A model generated the notes under the pieces. The model ran no database searches. It had not been told where the DNA came from and saw nothing but the letters and a program-made list of their open reading frames with translations. The translations under genes and the position numbers were made by a program. 32,000 nucleotides of DNA from Hathewaya proteolytica DSM 3090 (lineage in GTDB: Bacteria; Bacillota; Clostridia; Clostridiales; Clostridiaceae), in NCBI RefSeq assembly GCF_900142225.1, contig NZ_FRAD01000006.1:131548-163547 (forward strand). The letters run 5' to 3'. Shown one piece after another: positions 1-10,136 of the stretch (position 1 is its first letter; every line of letters starts with the position of its first letter).

Positions 1-39
1 TATATCCATTCCATAAATGTTCAATTTTACTATTAGCAT
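1..39 (-). CDS. 5' end (13 codons) of an unidentified gene running out of the window
   Basis: Minus strand reads TCAGGGGAGAAATAGTTATG. The SD (GGGGAG/GGAG) lies 8 nt before the ATG at 39, and the frame stays open to position 1 (MLIVKLNIYGMDI...). An extended -10-like TGTTATAAT lies upstream on the minus strand (about 74-87). Too short to assign a function. Confidence 0.3.
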   Translation of the reverse strand, partial: MLIVKLNIYGMDI

Positions 40-144
40 AACTATTTCTCCCCTGATATTTTATTGATAATATGAATATTATAACATATTCTTCTATTTG
101 GTATTTTATATTTTATAAGATAATGCAATAACTAAAAGTACAAT

Positions 145-178
145 AAAAAGGGCTCAACACGTGGTTGAAGCCCTTTTT
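145..178. terminator. Bidirectional rho-independent terminator downstream of the chemotaxis receptor gene
   Basis: aaaaaGGGCTCAACacgtgGTTGAAGCCCttttt: GC-rich stem with one bulge, flanked by an A-run on one side and a T-run on the other. It sits 8 nt past the stop at 186. Confidence 0.65.
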
Positions 179-185
179 ATTTCAA

Positions 186-1871
186 CTATCTTAACTTAAA
201 TTCCTGCACCATTGAATTTAAAGTATCTGACTGTGCTGTTAACTCTTCACTAGCCGCAGCACTTTCTTCTGCTATAGCTGAGTTCGATTGTACAACCTCT
301 GATATTTGATCTATTCCAGCATTTACTTGGCTTATAGATTGCGATTGTTCTAAGGTATCAGCTTTTATTTCATTTACTATTTCAGTTACTCGATTTATGT
401 TTTTAACCACTTTTTCTAGAGATCTGGCAGTATCATCTGCTATATTCTTTCCCTTATTTACAGCATTTATTTCTGATTCAATAAGTTTTGCTGTTTGCTT
501 TACAGCCTCTGAACTTTGTTCCGCTAGTTTTCTAACTTCATCTGCAACTACGGCAAAACCTCGTCCTGCTTCCCCTGCCCTTGCAGATTCTATAGCTGCA
601 TTAAGCGCTAATAAGTTAGTTTGCTCTGCTATGGCATCAATAGCCTTAATAATACTACTAATATCTGCTGATGTTTTTTCAATTTCATCCATGGCTTTAA
701 CCATGTCCACCATTTGCTCATTGCTCTTCTCTATGTTTTCAGCTAATTCCTCAGTAATATCATTTGTATCCTTTGCACGTTGAGCCGTTGCATGAACTTG
801 CTGATTTATTTCATTCATTGATGCTAAAAGTTCTTCAACTACACTTGCTTGCTCTGTAGCACCTTGAGATAGACTTTGTGCTGTAGCTGATACTTGCTCC
901 GAACCACCGTTAACTTGCCCTATAGCTTCTCTGATCTCTAAAAAATTATTATTTAAATATATTATTATGTTTTCTAAGCTATTTTTAATATTAACAAAAT
1001 CACCTATATACTCTTTTTCAATAGTAACTGTCATGTCTTTTTGTGATATTTTGTTTAATATAGAATCAATATCATCTATATATTCTTTTAAAAATCCTTG
1101 TGTCTTTTTTACTGCAAATACTAACTGCCCTAATTCCGTATCATTTTCTTCTATGGGAACTTCAATATTAAGGTTTCCCTGTGATAACAATATAAATTTA
1201 TCTTTTATTATTTCTATAGGTTCAACTACCTTTGATTTAATTTCTTTATTATAGTGTGCATTTATTCTTAAGATTATAGCTAAAATTACTATTAAAACTA
1301 TTATAGAAAGAGTTAATATTATTTGTGATATTTTAGATGAATTATTAGCTCTTGTTTCTATCATATCAGCAAACTTTATTGTTAAATTATCTATCTCTTC
1401 CTTATCAGTAAAATACTCTTTGTCAAAAAGTATTTTCTCTGCACCATCTTTTTCCCCATTTTTAACATATTCTATTGCTTTAGTTTCTTTTTCTGCTAAT
1501 TTATTGGACTTATTTAAAGCTTCTTCAATTGTATTTTTTTCCTCCGTCTTTATTCCAATATTATTTATTTCTTCTAAAGCCTTGTCTCTTCTTTTAGTTT
1601 CATTTACCTCTTTGTTATAATTATCTAGATATTTTTCATCTCCTGTAATGGCATAGTATCTAACTTGATCTGTTAAATAATCAGAGCCATCTTTTAATTG
1701 TTGACTATAAGTATTTAATTTTAATCTTTGAGAGTTTAAGCTACTTGTTTTATAGGATATACCTAAAACTAAAATTGCAGCTACCATACTAACTATCAGC
1801 GATATAGAAGTAATTCTGGACATGTTTTTCATCAACTGTGATACACTTACCATTTTTCTTTTTTCATCCAT
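186..1871 (-). CDS. Methyl-accepting chemotaxis protein (two TM segments, extracytoplasmic sensor, HAMP, MA signalling domain)
   Basis: C-terminal signalling domain carries the highly conserved hairpin motif ([40 protein letters not shown]). N-terminal TM segment ([18 protein letters not shown]) and a second TM segment ([16 protein letters not shown]). I moved the start to the ATG at 1871 (MDEKRKM), which follows GGAGAG. The track start at 1934 has no SD. Confidence 0.9.
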   Translation of the reverse strand: MDEKRKMVSVSQLMKNMSRITSISLIVSMVAAILVLGISYKTSSLNSQRLKLNTYSQQLKDGSDYLTDQVRYYAITGDEKYLDNYNKEVNETKRRDKALEEINNIGIKTEEKNTIEEALNKSNKLAEKETKAIEYVKNGEKDGAEKILFDKEYFTDKEEIDNLTIKFADMIETRANNSSKISQIILTLSIIVLIVILAIILRINAHYNKEIKSKVVEPIEIIKDKFILLSQGNLNIEVPIEENDTELGQLVFAVKKTQGFLKEYIDDIDSILNKISQKDMTVTIEKEYIGDFVNIKNSLENIIIYLNNNFLEIREAIGQVNGGSEQVSATAQSLSQGATEQASVVEELLASMNEINQQVHATAQRAKDTNDITEELAENIEKSNEQMVDMVKAMDEIEKTSADISSIIKAIDAIAEQTNLLALNAAIESARAGEAGRGFAVVADEVRKLAEQSSEAVKQTAKLIESEINAVNKGKNIADDTARSLEKVVKNINRVTEIVNEIKADTLEQSQSISQVNAGIDQISEVVQSNSAIAEESAAASEELTAQSDTLNSMVQEFKLR

Positions 1872-2155
1872 AATTTTTCTCTCCAAAATATTTTTTATAT
1901 ATTTTATCATATTTTTATAAAATATTTTTATCAATATTTAGCGATTTTAAATGAATTTTCGCGTTTATTTTTAAAATACTTTTATTTAATACTCTTATCT
2001 ACTTTTTTATAATTCTTTAATTTATTTATTAATTTAATTATAAAAATCATACAATACAATTTCTATCAAAATATTCCTTCTAATTATAATCTCAATTTTC
2101 AAACTTTTATTATTTTTCTTATTCTAAGTATTAGGTAGATTCCTGACTGTAACTG

Positions 2156-2194
2156 TTAAAAAATGCGGCAACTACTTTTAAGTAATTACCACAT
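2156..2194 (-). terminator. Strand-specific intrinsic terminator ending the MarR/fab transcription unit
   Basis: Minus-strand RNA AUGUGGUAAUUAC-UUAAAA-GUAGUUGCCGCAU forms a 13-bp stem (three G.U pairs, so it only pairs well on the minus strand) followed by a U-run. It lies 45 nt past the stop at 2240. Confidence 0.6.
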
Positions 2195-2239
2195 TTTTAA
2201 AATTACGTTATTGTTATAGTGTCCAGAAATCCCATGTCA

Positions 2240-2749
2240 TTAATTTTCTTCTAAGTGTCGTCTCGTTTCTCTTTGGATTTCTTCTCTGTAATCAGCCTTT
2301 GTCTTAATATTTACTTCTTCCATCAGTTCCTTTGATATAACGTCTAGCATATACTCCATTTTATCTAGGTCCTCCTGTGGAAATCTATTTTTGATACGCT
2401 CCATTACTACTCCTATATAATTGTAATTTATAGCATAGTAGTTTAAGAATTTATCCGTCACCTCAAGATAAAATTCCCTCTTATCCAACTCAGACTGTGT
2501 TCTTTTTACATACCCCTTCTTCACAAGGCAGTTTACTTTATAAGCAGCATTGGGAGGTGATATCTGTAAAAATGTTGAAAACTCGTTTATGGTAGGCTTG
2601 TTCAATGCATATATTGTCTCTGCACAGAAAACTTCTAAAGTTGACAAGCTTGCCTCTCTTGTTTCAAAATTTCTGCATACCTGTGAATAAAAATGGAGTT
2701 TAAATTTAGAATAAACATCTAAAAAAACATTAAGTAACATATCATACAC
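2240..2749 (-). CDS. MarR-family winged-helix transcriptional regulator (possible FabT-like regulator of the adjacent fab operon)
   Basis: Central wHTH pattern (LSTLEVFCAETIYALNKPTINEFSTFLQISPPNAAYKVNCLVKKGYVKRTQSELDKREFYLEVTDKF) is typical of MarR/FabT proteins. The track start at 2749 is GTG. An ATG at 2740 (MLLNVF) is an alternative start. The link to fab regulation is inferred from position only. Confidence 0.7.
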   Translation of the reverse strand: MYDMLLNVFLDVYSKFKLHFYSQVCRNFETREASLSTLEVFCAETIYALNKPTINEFSTFLQISPPNAAYKVNCLVKKGYVKRTQSELDKREFYLEVTDKFLNYYAINYNYIGVVMERIKNRFPQEDLDKMEYMLDVISKELMEEVNIKTKADYREEIQRETRRHLEEN

Positions 2750-2947
2750 CTATCCTAGTATTATTTATCCAATATTCACGTATTTATTGTTTCAATAAAT
2801 ATACTTGAGAAGCAATATAAAATGCGTTTTGGATAATAAAATCTGATTTAAGTTAACTTAAAGCTTATGATAAATCAAGATTTTTCTTCGTATAACTTAT
2901 ATTATACTAAAGCATACTTATCTTTTCAATTGTTATACAAAATATTT

Positions 2948-3373
2948 CTAGCCCACAGCAAAAGACAACTCAGCTTTTGCAGCAACTTTTCCATTTACTG
3001 TAGCCACGGCACTGCCAAATCCAACATTGCCTTTACGGGCAATTATCTCACATTTCAGCTCTAACACGTCTCCAGGTACAACTTGTGCCTTAAATCTGGC
3101 ATTCTTAATACCACCAAAAAATACTATTTTACCTTTGTTTTCTTCTTCCGTCAATATGGCAATAGCCCCTACTTGAGCTAAAGCTTCTATAATTAAAACT
3201 CCTGGCATCACATGCTTTTCAGGGAAATGGCCACAAAACTGCATTTCGTTTACTGAAACACACTTTATGCCCTGTGCCCATTTTCCTGGCTCATAGTCAC
3301 ATATTTTATCCACCAGCAAGAATGGATATCTATGCGGAAGAATTTCTTGTATTTCATTTGAATTCAGTTCCAT
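2948..3373 (-). CDS. fabZ: 3-hydroxyacyl-ACP dehydratase FabZ
   Basis: LPHRYPFLLVD and GHFPEKHVMPGVLIIEALAQ hot-dog motifs. SD AAGGGAG upstream of the ATG at 3373. Confidence 0.93.
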   Translation of the reverse strand: MELNSNEIQEILPHRYPFLLVDKICDYEPGKWAQGIKCVSVNEMQFCGHFPEKHVMPGVLIIEALAQVGAIAILTEEENKGKIVFFGGIKNARFKAQVVPGDVLELKCEIIARKGNVGFGSAVATVNGKVAAKAELSFAVG

Positions 3374-3400
3374 AAAATCCGCTCCCTTAATATATCATAT

Positions 3401-4639
3401 TTATTTTTCATATTTTTTTAATGCCAGTGTGCCATTATGACCACCAAATCCTAGGGAATTGGAAAGGGCAAATTTTATATCTGCTTTTCTTCCCTGGTTG
3501 GGAACCACATCAAGATCACAATCCTCATCTGGAACTTTATAATTTATAGTAGCTGGAGCAAAGCCTTCTTTTATAGCCATTGTTGTAAGTATAGCTTCTA
3601 TTCCTCCTGCGGCGCCTAGCAAATGGCCTGTCATAGATTTTGTGGAGCTTACCATTACTTTCCTACAATGTTCTCCAAGGGCAGCTTTTATAGCAAGAGT
3701 TTCGCCCTTATCATTTAAAGGTGTAGAAGTACCATGGGCATTGATATAGTCTACTTTATCAGGAGTCTCACCTGCATCGTGGATGGCTTCCATCATGCAC
3801 TTTGCAGCACCTGAGCCGTCAGGTAATGGAGACGTCATGTGGTATGCATCACAAGTAACACCATACCCTACAATTTCTCCTAAAATATTTGCCCCTCTTT
3901 TTATGGCATGTTCATAATCCTCTAGTACAATTACTCCAGCCCCTTCACCCAAAACAAAGCCTTCTCTTTCCTTGTCAAAAGGAATAGACGCCCTATTAGG
4001 ATCTGTGCTTTCACTTAAAGCCCTTAAGGATGTAAACCCACCTAAAGCAAGAGGTGTTATGGTGCTCTCCGTTCCTCCACATATTATTACATCACTATAA
4101 CCATGTCTTATTTGCCTAAAAGCATCTCCAATAGCATTGGTTCCACCAGCACAAGCTGTTACTGTACATGAACAAATGCCCTTGAATCCAAATTCTATAG
4201 CCACTGTGGCAGATGCCATATTGCATATACACATAGGAATAAAATATGGGGATACCTTGTCAAAACCACGTTCTAACCCCCTAGAATGCTCTCTCTCGAT
4301 AATCTCAAGACCTCCCACTCCAGAAGAAATAATTACTCCACATCTAAAAGGAGCTTCATTTTGCAATTCAATTCCACTTTGCTTTACCGCTTCTCTTGCA
4401 GCTATAACAGCGTACTGTGTAAAATTGTCCATGGTACGGATTTCTTTTTTATCAAAATAACTCAGTGGATCAAAATCCTTAACTTCACCACACAATTTTA
4501 CCTTCTGTTCCGAAGTATCGTAACGAGTTATAGGACCTATGCCACAAACTCCCTTTTTGGCATTTTCCCACATCTCTACAGCTGTATTGCCTATAGGTGA
4601 TATAGCTCCCATGCCTGTTATCACAACTCTTCTATTCAT
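3401..4639 (-). CDS. fabF: 3-oxoacyl-ACP synthase II FabF
   Basis: RRVVITGMGAISPIGN N-terminus, active-site Cys context TACAGGTNAIG, HGTSTPLND and GHLLGAAG motifs. Start reassigned to the ATG at 4639 (MNRRVV), which follows AAGGAGAAAG. The track start at 4690 overlaps fabG. Confidence 0.93.
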   Translation of the reverse strand: MNRRVVITGMGAISPIGNTAVEMWENAKKGVCGIGPITRYDTSEQKVKLCGEVKDFDPLSYFDKKEIRTMDNFTQYAVIAAREAVKQSGIELQNEAPFRCGVIISSGVGGLEIIEREHSRGLERGFDKVSPYFIPMCICNMASATVAIEFGFKGICSCTVTACAGGTNAIGDAFRQIRHGYSDVIICGGTESTITPLALGGFTSLRALSESTDPNRASIPFDKEREGFVLGEGAGVIVLEDYEHAIKRGANILGEIVGYGVTCDAYHMTSPLPDGSGAAKCMMEAIHDAGETPDKVDYINAHGTSTPLNDKGETLAIKAALGEHCRKVMVSSTKSMTGHLLGAAGGIEAILTTMAIKEGFAPATINYKVPDEDCDLDVVPNQGRKADIKFALSNSLGFGGHNGTLALKKYEK

Positions 4640-4662
4640 GTATTCTTTCTCCTTTATACAGA

Positions 4663-5400
4663 TTATATGGCCATGCCACCATCTACGCACAACACCTGAC
4701 CTGTTATATACTCAGAGCACTCTTCCGCAAAAAATGATACCGCCCTAGCCACATGATGTGCTTCACCTAATTTGTTTAGCGGAATTTGCTTTAAGATAGC
4801 ATCTTGTATATCCTCTTTTAAAATTGCTGTCATATCAGTCTTTATAAAACCAGGTGCCACCGCATTTACCGTTATATTTCTGCTAGCTAGCTCCTTAGCA
4901 GCTGACTTTGTCATGCCGATTATTCCAGCTTTACTAGCTGAATAATTAATTTGACCTGCATTACCTCTTACACCCACCACGCTGCTGATATTGATGATTC
5001 TGCCATATCTCTGTTTCATCATTATCCTACATACATTTTTAATGCACAAAAACGCTCCTTTAAGGTTGGTATCTATAACCTGGTCAAATTCCTCTTCTGA
5101 CATTCTCATAATCAAGTTATCCCTTGTGATTCCTGCATTATTCACAAGTACATCTATTCTTCCAAAATTCTCTACAACCGCGTCTATCATAGCTTTACAC
5201 TCAGTGTCTACACTTACATTGGCCTTTATAGCCATAGCTTTTACTCCAAATTCCTGGCACTGCTTTACAACTTCCATAGCCTTTTCTTCCCTAGAAGAAT
5301 AGTTTACAACTATATTGAAGCCCTTTCCCGCCAATTCAATGGCTACAGCTTTTCCAATACCTCTGCTTCCGCCAGTAACCACCGCTACTCTACTTTCCAT
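4663..5400 (-). CDS. fabG: 3-oxoacyl-ACP reductase FabG (SDR)
   Basis: TGGSRGIGKA cofactor motif, NNAGITRD, and YSASKAG catalytic motif. Overlaps the fabD stop by 11 nt. Confidence 0.93.
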   Translation of the reverse strand: MESRVAVVTGGSRGIGKAVAIELAGKGFNIVVNYSSREEKAMEVVKQCQEFGVKAMAIKANVSVDTECKAMIDAVVENFGRIDVLVNNAGITRDNLIMRMSEEEFDQVIDTNLKGAFLCIKNVCRIMMKQRYGRIINISSVVGVRGNAGQINYSASKAGIIGMTKSAAKELASRNITVNAVAPGFIKTDMTAILKEDIQDAILKQIPLNKLGEAHHVARAVSFFAEECSEYITGQVLCVDGGMAI

Positions 5401-6331
5401 TTATCTCACCCCACCTATCCTTTAAATCCTCAAAATCCTCGCAATTTTCCACAGCAAAGGTATTCACTGAAGGGTCTATTTTCTTTATAAACCCTGATAG
5501 AACCTTTCCCGGTCCTATTTCAATGATATTATCTATCCCACAGCCTATCATGTATCTTACACTATCTTCAAAATAGACACTGCTCTGTACTTGTCTTTCC
5601 AAAAGTTCCTTTATAGTTTCACCACTGCCTATTGTTCTACCAGTTACATTAAAAACAACAGGTATATTCATTTCTCTGAATTCCATGGATTTAAACTTCT
5701 CTGCAAGTTTATCTCCCGCTATTTTTAAAAGAGATGTGTGAAATGGTCCGCTTACATTCAATGGAATGCACCTTTTTGCCCCTTCACTCATACACATTTC
5801 GGAAGCTTTATCCACAGCCTCTGCTTCACCTGCTATTACTAGCTGCCCAGGGCAGTTATAATTTGCTATCTCCACTACGCCATAGCGGGAAGCTTCTCTA
5901 CATATTTGACGGAGTTTTTCTCTATCCAATTTAAGTACTGCCACCATTTTACTATGAAGGCCCATAACTGCATCTGCCATGGCATTGCCCCTAAAGGCTG
6001 CTAGTCTTACTGCCGTTTCACCCTTCATGGCCCCCGCTGCACTTAAAGCTGAATACTCTCCAAGACTTAGACCTGCCACCATGCTAGGAGTTATATTGCA
6101 AGATTTTAAAAGCTGTGTCATAGCATAAGCAAAAGCAACCATAGCGGGTTGTGTATTCCTGGTATCCGCCAATTCTGCTTCACTACCATGAAAACAAAGA
6201 TTTTTAAGTTTACCACCATCATAGTCCACACTATCAAAGGCGTTTTTGAAAGTCTCATACTTATTGTATAAATCACTACCCATGCCTTCCTTTTGACTTC
6301 CCTGACCTGCATATACAAATGCTGTTTTCAT
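5390..6331 (-). CDS. fabD: Malonyl-CoA:ACP transacylase FabD
   Basis: FVYAGQGSQ and GLSLGEYSAL (active-site Ser) motifs. I prefer the ATG at 6331 (MKTAF), 8 nt after GTGAGGA. The track start at 6337 sits too close to the SD. Confidence 0.92.
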   Translation of the reverse strand: MKTAFVYAGQGSQKEGMGSDLYNKYETFKNAFDSVDYDGGKLKNLCFHGSEAELADTRNTQPAMVAFAYAMTQLLKSCNITPSMVAGLSLGEYSALSAAGAMKGETAVRLAAFRGNAMADAVMGLHSKMVAVLKLDREKLRQICREASRYGVVEIANYNCPGQLVIAGEAEAVDKASEMCMSEGAKRCIPLNVSGPFHTSLLKIAGDKLAEKFKSMEFREMNIPVVFNVTGRTIGSGETIKELLERQVQSSVYFEDSVRYMIGCGIDNIIEIGPGKVLSGFIKKIDPSVNTFAVENCEDFEDLKDRWGEINGK

Positions 6332-6376
6332 ATTCATATCCTCACTTTTAACCTAAGCAAAATCATCTCATAATAC

Positions 6377-7450
6377 TTAATAATCATTGACCTTGCCCAT
6401 CAATTCATCTATGACATCATGAACTTTTACAATTTTGTCCATTTTATACCCTTCTGCACCTACAAAAAACAATCCTTCTTCATAGTTCCCATGTTGCGCT
6501 TCAATTAAGGCTTTAGTTATGCAATAAGGTGTAGTTGAAGGATTGCATGGAACAATACAATTGATGCATCTTTCATGTCTTATATTCTTTTCTTTCTCCA
6601 TCCGCTGTATAAGTGGAGTGTATAAGGCCCTCCCCGGCATGCCTACAGGACTTTGAACTATTCTAATGTCTTCTTTAGTTGCATTTATTACAATATCCTT
6701 GTATCCTTTAGAAGCATCACACTCTTCAGTGGCGATAAACCTTGTAGCAACCTGCACCGCATTTGCACCAAGATCAAGGTACTTTTTTACATCCTCATCA
6801 TAGCTTATTCCTCCAGCTACAACTATTGGAATGTATTTAGAATCCTCTCCTTGAAAAGAGTCCACCATTTCCCTTACTTCCTTATATATTTCCTCTAAAG
6901 ACTGTGATTTGTTGTCCAACAACTCCTCCCTTGAGAAGCCAAGATGTCCTCCAGCTTTACTTCCTTCCACCACAACAAAATCTGGTAGTCTATTGTATCT
7001 TCTCTTCCAAAGTTTACAGATAGTGTGAACCCCACGGGCACTAGAGATTATTGGTGCTATAAGAATATCAGCACCTGCTGTCATCTCTGGCAGTGACTTT
7101 GGAAGCCCTGCCCCTGAAATTATGCAATCAGCTCCAGCATCAATACAATCCCTCACCAAAAGTTCATAATCTTCCATGGCAACCATTATGTTAACACCTA
7201 TCATACCCCGACCACCTGAAAGCTTTTTTGCCTTTTTAATCTCCCGTTTAAGGGCCCTTGTATTAGCTTCCCTTGAATTTGTCCAGAAATCCTCTTCATC
7301 AAAGCCAGGATTAGCTGCTGAAATTACTCCCATACCACCGCAAGCCGCCACTGCACCTGCCAGGTTCCCAAGAGAAATACCGATTCCCATTCCTCCTTGG
7401 ACTATGGGAATTTGCAACTCTCTGTTTCCAATTTTCATCTTTTTATTCAT
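6377..7450 (-). CDS. FabK-like FMN enoyl-ACP reductase / nitronate monooxygenase-family paralogue with a C-terminal Cys cluster
   Basis: IPIVQGGMG near the N-terminus, EGSKAGGH and AGGI motifs of the NMO/FabK TIM-barrel family, plus CX2CX3CX7C (CINCIVPCNPSTTPYC) near the C-terminus. The ATG at 7450 overlaps the fabK stop (ATGAATAA). The ATG at 7438 is an alternative. The track start at 7501 is a TTG deep inside fabK. Confidence 0.8.
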   Translation of the reverse strand: MNKKMKIGNRELQIPIVQGGMGIGISLGNLAGAVAACGGMGVISAANPGFDEEDFWTNSREANTRALKREIKKAKKLSGGRGMIGVNIMVAMEDYELLVRDCIDAGADCIISGAGLPKSLPEMTAGADILIAPIISSARGVHTICKLWKRRYNRLPDFVVVEGSKAGGHLGFSREELLDNKSQSLEEIYKEVREMVDSFQGEDSKYIPIVVAGGISYDEDVKKYLDLGANAVQVATRFIATEECDASKGYKDIVINATKEDIRIVQSPVGMPGRALYTPLIQRMEKEKNIRHERCINCIVPCNPSTTPYCITKALIEAQHGNYEEGLFFVGAEGYKMDKIVKVHDVIDELMGKVNDY

Positions 7451-8375
7451 CTCCACAAATTTTCTGAAGCTCCAACTTATACTCCTCAGTAATCCTTTCA
7501 AATATTTCTTTAAGAGATTTTATTTCCTTTAGTTGTCCACATACCTGACCAGCCATCACTGAACCATTCTTTACATCACCTTGAAAAGCAGCTCTCTTCA
7601 GTCCACCTATGGCGATTTTCTCCAGTTCCACTCCAGTAACGCCCTTTTTCTCCAGGGAAATATACTCTCTAGTCATGGAGTTTTTTAAAGCTCTTACGGG
7701 ACTTCCCGATATCCTTCCCGTCACCATGGTATCTGTATCCTTTGCTTCAATCAATGCATTTTTATAATTTATATGGATAGGACACTCCTCGCTTACTAAC
7801 AAAGCCGTCCCCATCTGCACACCACAAGCTCCTAAAATACGAGTTGCCAACATTTGTTTGCCATTGGCTATTCCTCCTGCAGCTACCACAGGTAAACTTA
7901 CATTTTCCACAATTTGAGGAATTAAAGTCATAGTGGTCAGTTCTCCCACATGGCCTCCAGCCTCTGTTCCTTCTGCAATAATGCCGTCCACACCGTACCT
8001 CTCCATGCGGATTGCCTGAGCTACACAAGCAACTACTGGAAAAATCTTAATACCCTGAGCTTTCCATTGTTCAATATATTTTGATGGACTTCCAGCGCCA
8101 GTGGTGACCACTGGAACATTCTCCTCTACAATAACCCTTGCAAGATCATCTGACAGTGGGTTCATCAACATGAGATTTACTCCAAAGGGTTTGTCCGTTC
8201 TCTCTTTGCACGCTCTTATATGTGTTCTCAATGTTTCTCCATCCATAGCTCCAGAGCCGATTATTCCAAGGGCTCCAGTGTTAGATACTGCCGCTGCAAA
8301 CTCGCCAGTGGCTATATTTGCCATGCCCCCTTGTATTATTGGGTATTTTATGCCTAATATTTCATTTAATCTCAT
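7443..8375 (-). CDS. fabK: Enoyl-ACP reductase II FabK (FMN-dependent)
   Basis: YPIIQGGMANI, EGTEAGGHVG and AAGGI motifs, about 310 aa, placed between fabH and fabD. Start set at the ATG at 8375 (MRLNEILG), 6 nt after AAGGTGGAG. The track start at 8399 and the ATG at 8381 are possible but poorly spaced from the SD. Confidence 0.85.
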   Translation of the reverse strand: MRLNEILGIKYPIIQGGMANIATGEFAAAVSNTGALGIIGSGAMDGETLRTHIRACKERTDKPFGVNLMLMNPLSDDLARVIVEENVPVVTTGAGSPSKYIEQWKAQGIKIFPVVACVAQAIRMERYGVDGIIAEGTEAGGHVGELTTMTLIPQIVENVSLPVVAAGGIANGKQMLATRILGACGVQMGTALLVSEECPIHINYKNALIEAKDTDTMVTGRISGSPVRALKNSMTREYISLEKKGVTGVELEKIAIGGLKRAAFQGDVKNGSVMAGQVCGQLKEIKSLKEIFERITEEYKLELQKICGDE

Positions 8376-8388
8376 ACGCATCTCCACC

Positions 8389-9324
8389 TTACCATTCAAT
8401 TAGTAATCCGCTCCAAAGGAGACCCGCTCCAAAGCCCACCATGATTACCTTATCTCCTCTATTCAACATATTCTTTTTATTCATATCATCTATTGCTATA
8501 GGAATGCTAGCTGCCGATGTATTGCCGTATTCTTCTACATCCATAAAAAACTTTTCCTTAGACAAATTTAGATTTTTTTGTACCCTAGATATAATCCTTT
8601 CATTGGCTTGATGACAAACAATATAATCTATATCGTTTAAACTTATTCCAGATTCTTTGGCCAAAGAGTGTAAGCTTTCTTCAATAGATTCCACGGCAAA
8701 CTTAAATACCTCTGAGCCTATCATTTTTATACCTTTTTCTTCAGAATTATTCTTGCAATACAAAACATCGAAATTACTTTTACATCCATTTACAGAATAC
8801 ATCTGACTTTCTGCGCAGTACTTTACAACGGCAGCACCAGCGCCATCACCAAACAATACACAAGTTGTTCTGTCTGTAAAATCCAGAACCCTTGATATTA
8901 CTTCGCTCCCTATGATAAGAGCGAATTTATCCTGATTTTCTGCTAAAAGCCCCTTAGCAACTTGCAATGAGTATATAAATCCTGTGCACGCGGCGTTTAA
9001 ATCAAAAGCCATTGCCTCCCGTGGAAGTCCAAGGAGACCATGGACTTCAGAAGCAACAGAGGGGGTGTAATTATCCGGCGTAAAAGTTGCCACTATAACA
9101 CAGCATATTTTATCTTTATCTATGCCCGAGCTTTCCATTGCCTTAATTCCAGCCTTTGCAGCCAGTTCCGCATTGCTTTCCTCATTAGCAAAATAACGCC
9201 TCCCAATGCCAGTCCTAGACCTTATCCACTCATCACTGGTATCTACAATTTTGCTCATATCTTCATTGCTGACGGATTTTTTAGGCACATATGATCCTAC
9301 TCCAACAATCCTAATTCCTTTCAT
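8389..9324 (-). CDS. fabH: 3-oxoacyl-ACP synthase III FabH
   Basis: Active-site Cys context NAACTGF, plus CHQANERI and GNTSAASIP motifs. Overlaps the accA stop by 14 nt. Confidence 0.93.
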   Translation of the reverse strand: MKGIRIVGVGSYVPKKSVSNEDMSKIVDTSDEWIRSRTGIGRRYFANEESNAELAAKAGIKAMESSGIDKDKICCVIVATFTPDNYTPSVASEVHGLLGLPREAMAFDLNAACTGFIYSLQVAKGLLAENQDKFALIIGSEVISRVLDFTDRTTCVLFGDGAGAAVVKYCAESQMYSVNGCKSNFDVLYCKNNSEEKGIKMIGSEVFKFAVESIEESLHSLAKESGISLNDIDYIVCHQANERIISRVQKNLNLSKEKFFMDVEEYGNTSAASIPIAIDDMNKKNMLNRGDKVIMVGFGAGLLWSGLLIEW

Positions 9325-10135
9325 TTACATTCCTTTCCAGAGCATTTCCCATACTTCTCAATTTTTTATATCTTCTCTGCACAAGTTTATTTCTATCTAT
9401 GTTTCTTAATTTTTTTATCTCGCCATATATTACTTCATCTAATTTTTCGTATACGTTTATAGGATTTACTTGTATTCCACCATCAGGCTCAGGTACAATA
9501 TAATCTGCTATATTGTACTGATATAAATCTTGTGCCGTAAGCTTCATCAAAGAACAAGCCTCCTTGCTTTTTGAGCTGTCTTTCCATAAAATCGATGCAA
9601 ATCCTTCAGGTGACAACACCGAAAATATAGAGTTTTCTAGCATTATCATAGTATCTGCAACACCTAAAGCCAAGGCTCCTCCACTACCGCCTTCTCCAAT
9701 AACTACGGATATAATAGGCACCTTAAGACCACTCATAGTGGCAAGGCATTGAGCTATGGCTTCACCTTGTCCCCTTGCTTCTGCTTCAATACCTGGATAA
9801 GCTCCTGGAGTATCAATAAAAGTTATTATAGGTCGGCCAAATCGCTCCGCCTCTTCCATGATTCTTCTAGCCTTCCTATACCCTTCTGGGTTTGGCATGC
9901 CGAAATTGTATTTTATATTTTCTTCTAGATCTTTTCCTTTTCTGTGCCCTATAACCGTCACTGGTATGCCGTGATAAAATGCTATTCCACACAAGATACT
10001 CTTATCGTCAGCACACAATCTATCGCCATCTAAAGGGAAAAAGTCATTGAATAAGTTATCTATATACGCCATTATGTTTGGTCGTTCTGGATTCCTAGCC
10101 AATTTAACTCTTTCAAAAGGACTTACATTACACAT
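9311..10135 (-). CDS. accA: Acetyl-CoA carboxylase carboxyltransferase alpha subunit AccA
   Basis: ARNPERPN, FIDTPGAYPGIEAEARGQGEAIA and GEGGSGGALA motifs. The ATG at 10135 lies 7 nt after AAAGGAAG and directly abuts the accC::accD stop (TGATATG). The track start is 10153. Confidence 0.9.
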   Translation of the reverse strand: MCNVSPFERVKLARNPERPNIMAYIDNLFNDFFPLDGDRLCADDKSILCGIAFYHGIPVTVIGHRKGKDLEENIKYNFGMPNPEGYRKARRIMEEAERFGRPIITFIDTPGAYPGIEAEARGQGEAIAQCLATMSGLKVPIISVVIGEGGSGGALALGVADTMIMLENSIFSVLSPEGFASILWKDSSKSKEACSLMKLTAQDLYQYNIADYIVPEPDGGIQVNPINVYEKLDEVIYGEIKKLRNIDRNKLVQRRYKKLRSMGNALERNVNERN

Positions 10136-10136
10136 A

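Noticed and set aside
397-1620. Plus-strand ORFs 397-783, 967-1254 and 1420-1620 from the ORF track
   Set aside because: They lie entirely antisense to the well-supported chemotaxis receptor gene. Their translations are low-complexity (Ser/Phe/Ile-rich), they have no SD, and they are typical shadow frames of AT-rich coding DNA.
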